Part shown: in pieces, positions 34,200 to 44,093 of the stretch
Layout: the number at the start of each line of letters is the position of its first letter
Numbering within the stretch: the stretch's first letter is position 1
Translations under genes and position numbers: made by a program
NCBI GenBank assembly: GCA_013115125.1
Contig: JABANN010000277.1
Coordinates: 1-44,093, forward strand
Source of the DNA: Perkinsus olseni
Lineage: Eukaryota
Length of the DNA: 44,093 nucleotides
Direction of reading: 5' to 3'
Notes under the pieces: generated by a model
Database searches by the model: none
What the model saw: the letters and a program-made list of their open reading frames with translations, nothing else
What the model was told of the DNA's origin: nothing

Positions 34200-35776
34200 A
34201 TTAACCCTAGTCTCGAGGACGAGAAGAGACCGAAACTCTTCACCTCTTCGGCCAAGGAGCTGCGGAAGATGCAGTGAGATATCTTAGGTTGATCATGGGC
34301 TCCGACACGTTTCCTTCAGGAAACTGTTGCTGAAGCCTCGCTCTTTACGGCCGAGAACTTTACACGGGGGCGCCACTTTCATACGCCATCAGACTCGAGA
34401 CGAGTAACGAGGATGAGCTTCCGACGCACTGCACGATCTCGTCACCCGTCTCTCAGGCTTAGATGTAGTCACAGCACCATGGCCAGTCGAAGGGCGTCTA
34501 GCCAACTCACGGTCGTCCCTCGCTTACCTCTGCATACCCTTGCCGATAAGGCAGATCTCTGGGAACCCAAACCTAAGGCAGGAGTCAATCGATGTCGATA
34601 CACGTTACATCGCTCCCGCAGCGCTGGGAAGTTCCACGGCGATGTGCGGTTTGGTTCAGGGTCCGCGATCCACCAGAGCGTCTCGGCTCCGAGCCCAGTC
34701 AGTCGAGAAGACGCTGCAACAGTATGAAGATGAGGAGGAGGCCGACAGGCTTTTATTGAAGCGTACAGCGCACTGGCCTGTCGAATGCCCAAGCATCGAA
34801 TCCTTTAAGGTCTCTCCTCATCGTACAGCCCCGTATCAGCCTCGACACGCCCGAGCACGGTTGGGCCGTGCACTTTGGCTAGCTTCTTCGACAGTACCAA
34901 GACAGACTGGGTCGGTCGTAATCGGAAATACTCAGTAAGTCATCACAGCTTGGTCAGATTGATTGATGTCCCCTAGGTTGAGTCGCTGCTCTATGGAAGC
35001 CACCAACATTTGAAGAGGTTGGAGTACCTCTCATCACACAGACTCAGAGCTCCCCAGGTGAGAAGACCATCACTCGTCATTGGCCAATCTGAGCGATATC
35101 ACGCCAGGTGTGTCTGTCCGCGCCACCAACTCGTGCTAAGGGGCCCGAGAAGGGTAAGTAGTTTCCTCGGCAACCGTAGTTTCATTACTGCTACTGTCTG
35201 CAGGCGATGATTATCGATTAGACGTGTCAGCATGGCACAGGTCCACTAAGATGATGCTGCCATGATGACAACCTTCGTTGTCGTATTTCCATACCACATT
35301 TTACTGTCATCACGATGTCTTGGTGTCCCTTAACAAGTATCGCTTTGAGTTCTAGTATGTTGGTAGGGGGGTAACCGACCGTCCACGATCAGCCTTCAAT
35401 GGACCCCAAAGGAGTTGAAGACGCCCTGCGGAAACTGTTCGAAGAGCTTGCCGAGGGACACTTGGTTTCTCGATCTATCTTCATTAAAGCTCTAGGGGAC
35501 CGAGGCAGCCATTATCATGTGCTAACCTCGCCTAAGGCTCAACGCCGTGATTCTCACGGTCCCTCAGTTGGTTGGAAATCTGTTCAAGCACGACAGACCG
35601 GAGACGGCAGCGCCATCTGGGGGTCTCGAGGATACGGTTGATGTCGAGGAGTGCGTCGAGAGGTTCACTTAAACCCGGTGACCTTTCCCTTAGGTTTGTA
35701 TCGCACTTCATGCGTGGTACACGGCACCCAGCCCTCGCTGGTGTCGAGCTGCTGGACTCGCCTCAATTATTGCCTG
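34200..35776 (+). mobile_element. Possible second degenerate DIRS/Ngaro-like relic
   Basis: Intronless stop-riddled reads loosely resembling an RNase H end (HTLADKA), a tyrosine-recombinase N-domain (SVEKTLQQYE...HWP...IESF) and an RT start (KLFEELAEGHLV). No catalytic motif seen. Confidence 0.25.
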
Positions 35777-36780
35777 GGAAGTTCTCATATAGCAGCGCCC
35801 GATCAGGATCGGCAGAACCCGGTCCGGAGACAACCAGACGTAGCGAGACGTTGCCGCTGGTAGCCTAAATCGAGACGTTGCTCCGTCGACTCTTCTCCTA
35901 GTCGCTACGCTGTCCGACGGAGATGTGATTGCTACACAGTTCCTCGATGATGCCCTCTGCGGCATCGCCCCTGGCTCATCCCCATCTATCAACCGGACGT
36001 ACAACGTCACCTTACGGACGGGCCAAGGAGTAGGTCACAACTGCTCTGTTGAAGGGCGAACATAAAGCGAGTTTTCGAGATCTCATCTCAACATTCTCCT
36101 CGAGCCGGGCACTAGACGGCTACAATTACAATTTACAACTTTGCTTTCGTAACTCTCTCGGTTCTCAAAGTCTCATCCGAGGGCCTCTCGAGTGCGCCTT
36201 CAGACAACCCAGCACTTCACCGAGAAGTTCCTACGGTGTTGATTATCGTATGCACATAGCGGTCCGTACTTTCTCCGACCCTCAGTGCAGACCTGTGCCC
36301 TCTTCCTCAGCTTCGCAAGAAGATATCGTATCTCAACGCCACGGGCCTAGTACAAATGTAAGAACGGAATGCTGATGTTGGCCCCCGCACGCTTGCAGTT
36401 ACCGCTTAACGTCATCGCAGCCCAGTATATTGAGGCTCCTGGACGACACGTTGGTACTCGACCCGCGGACGAAGGGATACATCCGGCTCATGATTCTGCC
36501 TTTGTCGCGCGAGATCAGGACAAGGTCCGGCCTTGACGACTTTCGCAGTGCATGATCGTTTCACTTTCAGAGTTATCGTCTCTGTCACCCCCTCTGACAT
36601 GTCTGTCCCCCACGCCATCAAAGAGGATCTAGCATTTGATTTGACGTACATGGCAATGCCATGATGGCATCATGATGACCCGGATGTTGGACACTGTGCC
36701 TTTGTTTGAGTTTGCAGGACTAGCGAGACCAGAGTGAACAGCCGCTAGCTACCACGAACACGAGTTACTGTTCATGGTAG
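35777..36780 (-). pseudogene. Pseudogene copy A of an unknown gene family, duplicated at ~39566-40620
   Basis: About 1 kb colinear similarity to 39566-40620. Shared peptides AWGTDMSEGVTETITLKV..SCTAKVVKA.PCPDLA and GNV.L.LVVS.PGSADPDRAL..ENF. Stops and frameshifts in both copies. Confidence 0.7.
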
Positions 36781-36849
36781 TGCACACTGTGCACGCATTT
36801 CCTTGGCGGTGCACAGCCGCAGGGGCGGCACCCGCCGCGGGTTCCCTCA

Positions 36850-37975
36850 TCACCTGGCCACGCCTGGGGGCACACCGTGCGACGTAATCGGCGCATAGTC
36901 TCAATCATTCATGCAGATCTCGCCCGTCGATGGTTGATACAGGCCACTGTTGCCGCGTTATCGGATAATACAGTAGCGGTAGTGTACCCGTGCTCAAGGG
37001 CCCGCACAACACCAAAAACCGATGCGAGGAGCTCAAGCGGGTAAATATCGGAGGTCGTAAGAGAGGACTGCTCCTTAGACACTAGAAACGTAACGTGCGG
37101 CTCATCCGCGTAGGTCACGTGAAACCATTCGACGGTCGTGCCGCACGACCGCACGACTCGTGCGGTCATACATTACTGAGTCGCTGCCAAGCTGAAATAT
37201 GACACCCTCAAGCCAGTCACGGAAGCATCAGCGACCACCACTGCTCCTTAGTCAGCAGGAGACACCCGAGCAACTGCGAGGCAGTGGTGGAAGCCATACT
37301 CGGCTGTTGAAGAAGGTTCTAGAATGTCTTTGCAGAGTCCAGCAGGCTTTACCCAACACGCACGCGCTTTGAATGGTGTTGTCGGCGACACCTTGTCGCG
37401 CAACGGCCTGCAATCCATAAAAGGGCTAAGCTCAGAGCTAAACAAAGGAGCACAGGTAGCTCACCTGGGCAACTCAGATTCTGAATCGTCCAGTTATCCG
37501 ATCCAATAACGGAAGTTCTCATATAGCAGCGCCCGATCAGGATCGGCAGAACCCGGTCCGGAGACAACCAGACGTAGCGAGACGTTGCCGCTGGTAGCCT
37601 AAATCGAGACGTTGCTCCGTCGACTCTTCTCCTAGTCGCTACGCTGTCCGACGGAGATGTGATTGCTACAGTGATTTTCGACAGTTACGACGATGATTTA
37701 TGGTGTTGTGCGAATGAGACAATGAGCTCGCATGAGTCCGCCAAAAGTTTAGCCCGTTTCTCTTGGGGCAGAGAAACTGTCATATCTCGGAGATCCCACC
37801 TGTAACCCAAGTTGTGAGGGGTAGAAGTGACATGCGGTTTCTTGTACGAAATAGTCAAGCCGAAGCTTCATTCCACTAACAGGATGCTTACGAGGACCTG
37901 CAGAGCTCTGCTTTCGGTAGTGACCCAGCCAACTTCATCCACGTAAATCACGCCAGTTACTGGCGGCCAGTACCA
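36850..37975 (-). mobile_element. DIRS/Ngaro-type retrotransposon relic: RT C-terminal half plus RNase H
   Basis: GVIYVDE (37934-37945, decayed YxDD)...FGLTISYKK...LGYRWDLRDMTVSLPQEKRAKL, then VVVADASVTGL (DAS at 37221-37229), IYPLELLA and VLSDNAATVACIN. Order and spacing are typical of DIRS-group RT/RNase H. In-frame stops present. Confidence 0.75.
37511..37670. repeat. 160-bp apparently exact copy of 35777-35936 inserted in the retroelement relic
   Basis: Identical by eye from GGAAGTTCTCATATAGC to GTGATTGCTACA. Confidence 0.9.
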
Positions 37976-39399
37976 TTCAGGTCAGAGTCCGCGTGTAGTC
38001 GTTTTGTTACACGATGAACACTGTTCATTGAACAGTAGCTAAAAGACGGCACTACAGCAGCGGAGAAGAACGGAGACCAAACGGAAGTCGCAAGTGTTGG
38101 TAATACATGCCGTCAACGTAGTTCACAAGGTATTTTTGGTCTTCCACATATACTGGTATGTGACGAAACGCAGATCATTAAACTGAGGTGAAATATCGGA
38201 CTCTATCCAAAGAAAATTTTCTGCGCGCGGGCCCCGCTCACCGGGAGCGGCTCACGCATCTCATGCAGCATGTATGCGGCGATACTAAGCCCAGGAAGTG
38301 CTACGGTTTCATAGCACCGTACGAGCTCATTAACCCCTGATCGCCGCAGGTCATCTATCAAGCGAATGACGCCAGAAGGTTTTACAACACGCGCTAGTTA
38401 AGTGAGAACAGCACCAGGCGGGGGTGCAAATACACTGCACGCAAGTACTACCCCCTCGCTGATACTGGAATCACTGTATCCCCTGAGTACTATTATAATT
38501 TATAACGCAAGATCAGGTGAATCATTAAAAGATATTGAACTAAGTTTTTCACTCATCATCACGATCATGAAGAAGCACTCAATACGCGTGTGGTAAAAGA
38601 TGCACTGCTCAGTGAGTATTAGTCACTAGTGAAAACAAGCATTGCCCTCTCTGAAACAAGCCTGTAAGACTCACTGCATCTCGGTCACGAGTAGCCGCTT
38701 AAGTCAAGACGGCTGGACCCGCGGCATAAAAGGTGTAAGAAAAGTTTCACGGACTGGCCCTTGTGGAAGCATTCGACACACTCGGTATGACCTACGGTAT
38801 TCATGCCATCAGCAGGGAAACACGAATTGTGGGTCGGCTCCGTTAGAATCCTGGGTCGATGCAAAAATTGGTGTCAGGCGGAGAAAGCCTAAGAGAACGT
38901 AGCTTCGGCATAGTATTTTTCCTTCGACACGCACAGCCCTTTCGCCAAGACATCATAGCAGGCGGCGCTGTGAGAACAAAACGTCACTTATCCAAGAGAC
39001 AAGCGAGGATAAGAGCGTCACCAACGCATAGGAGGTCAATACGTGAAAAGCGGTGAAACTAGGCATCGCGTTGAAGTCTCTGTCAAAATGCAAGCAAGTA
39101 AATGCCATGTGTAGCTTGCTTTGAATGCGCACCCGCGAGTCCAACCATTGGTGATTCTACAGTTTCTTATGCTTACAGTCTAATAGTTCTAGCGTTATTG
39201 AAGCACCTCGTGGTACGCGCCACACACATCTCCTCTGCTTGTGTGAATTTCACTCCTGCTGATCCTCCTGTGGGAGGATTGCTACCATTACGTCTATCCT
39301 GGCTCAATGAACTACTAGTTCAGGCTAGTTCAGAACTAGCCTGAACTAATCCCTCTTGAATCGTCCGGGCTCTCGGTGTTGGACTCGTAACTCACCAAC

Positions 39400-40620
39400 A
39401 CATACGTTGAACTCCTTACGCGTTTCATGGCAGTTCGTGCCAACAATTTACGCAGTGCTTGAGCTGCTCAGGATAATTGTTGCACTGAGTATCAAAGTTG
39501 GGTAATCCAACTGAGCTGATGACCCAGTCCATAACTGGGCGATTCCAAGCGGATGCAGCGGATGCGGAAGTTCTCGAATACCAGCGCCCGATCAGGATCG
39601 GCAGAACCCGGTTCCGAGACGACCAGATGTAACAAGACATTGCCGGTGGCGGTCGAAATCGAGGCGTTGCTCCGTCGACTCTTCTCCTAGTCGCTACGCT
39701 GCCCGGCGAAGATGTAATCGGTACACAGTGCCTCGATGATGCCCTCTTCGGCATTGGCCCTGGCTCATCCCCGTCTATCAACCGGACATACAACGTCAGT
39801 TTACGGACGGACGAGTCAGTTTTACGTAGGTGGCAACTGCTCAGTTGAAGGACCAACAACAGACTGGTCTTTCTCGTCCCTCACTGATTATTGCAATTGA
39901 TCGAGCGACTATCATAGTAAAAATTCGATGAGGTCGGTTTTCGAGCCTGTTCCTCGAGCCGGGTACTTAACAGCGGCAATCACAATTCACTAGTTTGTTA
40001 TCGTAATTTTCTCGGTTCTGATCGGAGTGTCCCTCGAATGCCCTCTTTGGTGGCTTATCAGTGCATCGAGAGGTTTCTATGAAGTTCAACATCGTAACCA
40101 CACAACAGTTCAGTTCATATCTTCTGCGACCACTCAGAACGACTTCGCGCTTTTTCTCAGCTTCGCATGAAGGAATCATATCTCAACGCAACGGGGCTTG
40201 TGCAAATGTGAGAAATTCCCGCCGAGGTGGTCTCTACCTGTTCGCAGTTACCGCCTAACATCATCCCAGCCCAGTATATTGAAGCTCGTGGAAGACACGT
40301 TGCTACTCGAACCGCGAACGAAGGGCTATATCCGGTTCAGCATTCTGCCGTCGTCAGCGAGATCAGGACAAGGTGCGGCCTTGACGACTTTCGCAGTGCA
40401 TGATCCGTTCACCTTCAGAGTTATCGTCTCTGTCACCCCCTCCGACATGTCTGTCCCCCACGCTATCAAGGAGAACTCAGCATTTGATTTGACGTTCACG
40501 GGATCGTGATGACAAGGATGTTCCATACTGCATGTTTGTTTGCGTTTGCAGTGACGCAAAGTGGCAAAGTGGCGCGCCGTGAGTGAACCGCTGCCAGCTA
40601 CGACGTATCTGTGCACAACC
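39400..40620 (-). pseudogene. Pseudogene copy B of the same family; a further 3' fragment at ~40790-40950
   Basis: Homologous to 35777-36780. Its 3' end (ACTCCTTACGCGTTTC...TACGCAGTGCTTGAGC...ATCCAACTGAG) recurs at 40790-40950. Confidence 0.7.
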
Positions 40621-41168
40621 ACCGCTGGAGCGGATTCTGTGAGGCGAAGTGCTTCAAGTTCATCGTGCTCTCATGTCTATCCTGGTTCCATAGCCTAGCC
40701 TGAAGTGATCTCTCTTGAACCGAGATGCATCGGTGCAAGTCTGACTGAGCCGGCTCTTTGTGTTCGATAAACAAGTCACTAACACACCAGATTGAACTAC
40801 TCCTTACGCGTTTCGAGGCAGCGTTTCATGCCAACAAAATACGCAGTGCTTGAGCCGCTCAGGAATCAAACGATAATGATCCTTTCAGTATAAGTATCCT
40901 GATCAGGCTAATCTTTCCAGCGTGTATCCAACTGAGTTGATAACTGCAAATCCCCGGCTATGTTGACCTTCGACATGAAGGCTGTTTCCGTCCTCTCTGC
41001 AATCCACTGTTCCGTTAACTTCACAGTCCGTCAACTGCAACGCAACAAATTAAGGCTGCCACTGTGACCAATGAAGACGATGTGTCATGGTCAGATTGCT
41101 GGCACACATCACACTCAGTACTGCTCTACGCGGTAAGTGCAACTAATTGTCATGTCAACTTCAATTCT

Positions 41169-43823
41169 TCAACTCGGTTTATCTGTCATCGTTGGAGGCT
41201 GCGATAACACACGATTCAATAGCTCCTCGAAAACCCTGCGAGAACATCGTGAGCAAAGCCGCGCGAAGCGAGGTCGTCCTACTCGTTCTGCTCGGGTGCA
41301 TCAACAGAAGCATCGGGGTCTTGATAGACGATCGTATCAGCCATGTTCTTCGGGACACGGCCGCACAGCTTACTGAATGTAGACCGCTTGCTCTCAACAT
41401 GGAGCCGTTGGCGCAGTCTGAAGGCAAATCTTGTAGCAGCCGAGTCCTCACGAGCTTCTGTTTGCCGCCAGGCAACTGTCCTATAGCCATCATTTCTCAA
41501 ACACGAGCTTATTGGACAATCTTAGGACTATCCCCGTCATGAGAGGAAATTGTCTGGGGCTCAGCTTGTCACAATCCCGTTACGTTCGCTGACCGATCCA
41601 CACTAATGCATAAACTTCTTACGTTGCTAGGGTTCGGTTAAGATTGACAACCTCGGTATCTTTCTCCACCAGCAACTTTCGTTGCGCTGCATCTTCCTCT
41701 GCGAGAACCCGAACCTTCTCCCGGCCGTCTCTCAGACGCTCTCGGAGCATCTCTATTTCGCCAGTCTAACACAGGAATCGATGCTACCGTGACAGCTGCC
41801 GGTCGGAGATGCTGAAGACGTCACCTGTGTGGCGATGAAGCCGTCCATGTACTCTGACTTCGTCTGAGCCTCCTCTAGCTGCTCAGTGAGCTCTCCAATG
41901 ACGATCCTATTGCTAGCCGCTTGGGCAGTCAATTGCGCATCGGCTTTCTGACGTGCCTGACAGAATTCCTTCATGTGCGGGAAAAGATCCCGATTGTGAC
42001 GGCGTTTTGTCACGCTATGACTGGAACGATCAGAATAGACGTTGGCGGGCCGAACTAACTACCACTCCATGCCGGAACCACAGCATAGAGCAGAGGGCAC
42101 CTTCTAGCAATCAATGCCTACTTCCTTCTCTTTCTCCAACTCCTCCTTCGCCTCCTCGAGCTCGGCAACTGCGGCATCTCTCGCCTCTCGCATTGACGTG
42201 AGCGACTCTACAGCAGCATCGTAGTCAACCTGCATCTTCTCACGACGAAGCTCGGAATCTGTCGGGGAGAAGAAATACTCGTGACTCCATCTAGAGTAGG
42301 GCTGAGCGATCGTACTGGGCTTCAGGAAAGTACAGTACGGTGTACGTCTCAAACGACAGACCACAGGCGCTCGTTCCGTTCTCATATGGCTGGGACGGGC
42401 AGTACGGTTATGGAAACGTACTCTGTGCCAAGCCGTTACCGTACTGCCGCCCGACTCTGAGGCCCGACTGCCTTTAACCCTCTGTGCATGAACTGCTGCG
42501 AACATGCACGCGATTGAGTCTGCTTCAGTTAATCGAGCACAATGGCTATACTGTGCTCGGAACCAGTCAGAAGTTGATTCCTCCCGGAAGTGACCCCCAA
42601 GTCCCTTACTTCTGAGATCGCTCTCTGCCTTCGCCCTTTCCTTCTCCATCTCCTCCAATTTGAGCTTCAACTCAGCCAGCTCAGCCTGGGCAGCCTCCAT
42701 GCTGCGGGGCGGCGGCTCGAAGAGTCTCCTGGATGTGTCCTGCCTGAGCAACGAGACCGAGAGTGCGATGCCGGTTGCCCTAGCCCCGGTCTACTCTGTT
42801 GCATCGCCAGAGCCATCTCCAGCAGGATGGAACTCCTCCAGAAGATTGTCAGCTTTCGCTCCTACAGAGACATTGACTGATAGAAGAAAACGGTCAATCG
42901 GAAACTACCTTCCGAGATTTCGGTGGCGAGATCACCGCCATCCAGCTCATCTCCGTGGATTCTGAAAGGAAAGAGTTGACCACCAGCGAGATCCCTGACC
43001 CGCATACCCTCCGCTGACCAGCACTTGCGAGGACATCAGGCCCGCCGTCTCAACCACAGGCTCATCAGGCAACTCAATATCGGGTACGATCCGGGATGGG
43101 GAATGATCTGCATGAAGAGCTGAGATCTTCGTCTCAGAGGGTGAGTCGTAATACCTGTAGTACTGCGATTGATGGAACTCCCTCCCTTCCCTTTGATAGA
43201 CTCCGGACTGACTTGTGCTGAGGAACGCTGGTCTGTCGTAGAGAACAGCCACGACTGTGATACTCGGGCGGACTGCGAAAAAGTCCCGATCAACGGCATT
43301 GCTCCAGCACGACCGCGGCTCACCAGCTCCTCTCGGGAACCCTTCCCGCTTTTATACTGCTCTACAGCTTGCTGATAATACTGATCATACCTATCGAAAA
43401 ATTTCACGACGGAGCGACGCGGTTCGACTCACGGATGGTCCCAAACGCTCTCCTTAGTCTTAGTATTATGGAAGAATACATCACCACTAGCTGTCTGACA
43501 TTGCACCCAGGGCTGGGGTATCGGAGTCCTCAACGCCTGAGGGTGGGCAAGAACGGCTACCCGAGGAAGCTCCTCCTCACCTGCCGAGCTATCCAGAACA
43601 AGTCGCGGTCCTTCACCTTATCCAGCCCTAGCCATACTGCGTAGTCCTCCACCTCCTGCTCTGTAGGCTCCTCCGGAACCTGAGCTCGGCAGGCCACTCT
43701 GACCCAACACCGAGAGGAAAGATTCTTATCACCAACCTGCTGTGTCTTCCCCGTGGACAGGCCAACGATCTTCCCGAGGACCCCTGCAGGGACCTTGGAG
43801 GCTGGGGTCACTGTTGCCGCCAT
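41169..43823 (-). CDS. CEP164-like WW-domain coiled-coil protein; 3' end approximate
   Basis: Spliced N-terminus EPTEQEVEDYAVWLGLDKVKDRDLFWIARQ|ALRTPIPQPWVQCQTASGDVFFHNTKTKESVWDHP..DQYY is the CEP164-type WW module. Downstream coiled-coil exons (AQAELAELKLKLEEMEKERAK, AAVAELEEAKEELEKEKE). Confidence 0.75.
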
Positions 43824-44093
43824 AATAACGATAAATCTCCAGGAAAGACAGGACTGAGCGCTGAAGGAATAAGCACTTGAACAGTCCCACAGCGATCCTC
43901 AGCAAGAAGGAGTTGTTGCTGTCTACTACGGAGCATCGAGAGAGGGCCCAACTGTATGTGTTCCTAATGGAGGAGAGCTCAACAGAAGCGTCCGTGCAGT
44001 AAGACGGCAGATGACAACATATCAACGCCTATTACATTAACTCAAGAAGCATGGCGGATTGGGTTGATTGGCAGAGTTGCATCGACCTGCGAT

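Noticed and set aside
38400-39350. Short ORFs on both strands
   Set aside because: No coherent exon chain or recognisable motif.
1-44093. tRNA, rRNA, snRNA or SL-RNA genes
   Set aside because: None recognised by eye; a covariance-model scan would be needed to exclude them.

Overview
Eukaryotic genomic DNA with many short GT-AG introns. The gene content (PPR, RAP-domain, NBAS/Sec39-like, CEP164-like WW protein, DIRS-type retroelement relics) suggests a Perkinsus-like alveolate; this is an inference, no database search was possible. About 1-13 kb is an accessory region: one intact and two broken copies of a small secreted-protein gene within a repeated ~1 kb module, a spliced PHB-depolymerase/LpqC-like esterase, and a decayed partial copy of the neighbouring PPR gene. 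About 13.5-33.5 kb is a tight all-minus-strand gene cluster. About 34-41 kb is a second decayed region with DIRS/Ngaro-like RT/RNase H relics and tandem pseudogenes, followed by a CEP164-like gene. The most striking signal is many perfect palindromes with a single-base centre in non-coding and pseudogenic DNA. In five cases where the ancestral sequence can be read, the centre base is the complement of the ancestral base, pointing to a hairpin/fold-back mutational process. Exon models were built by eye and most gene ends are approximate.
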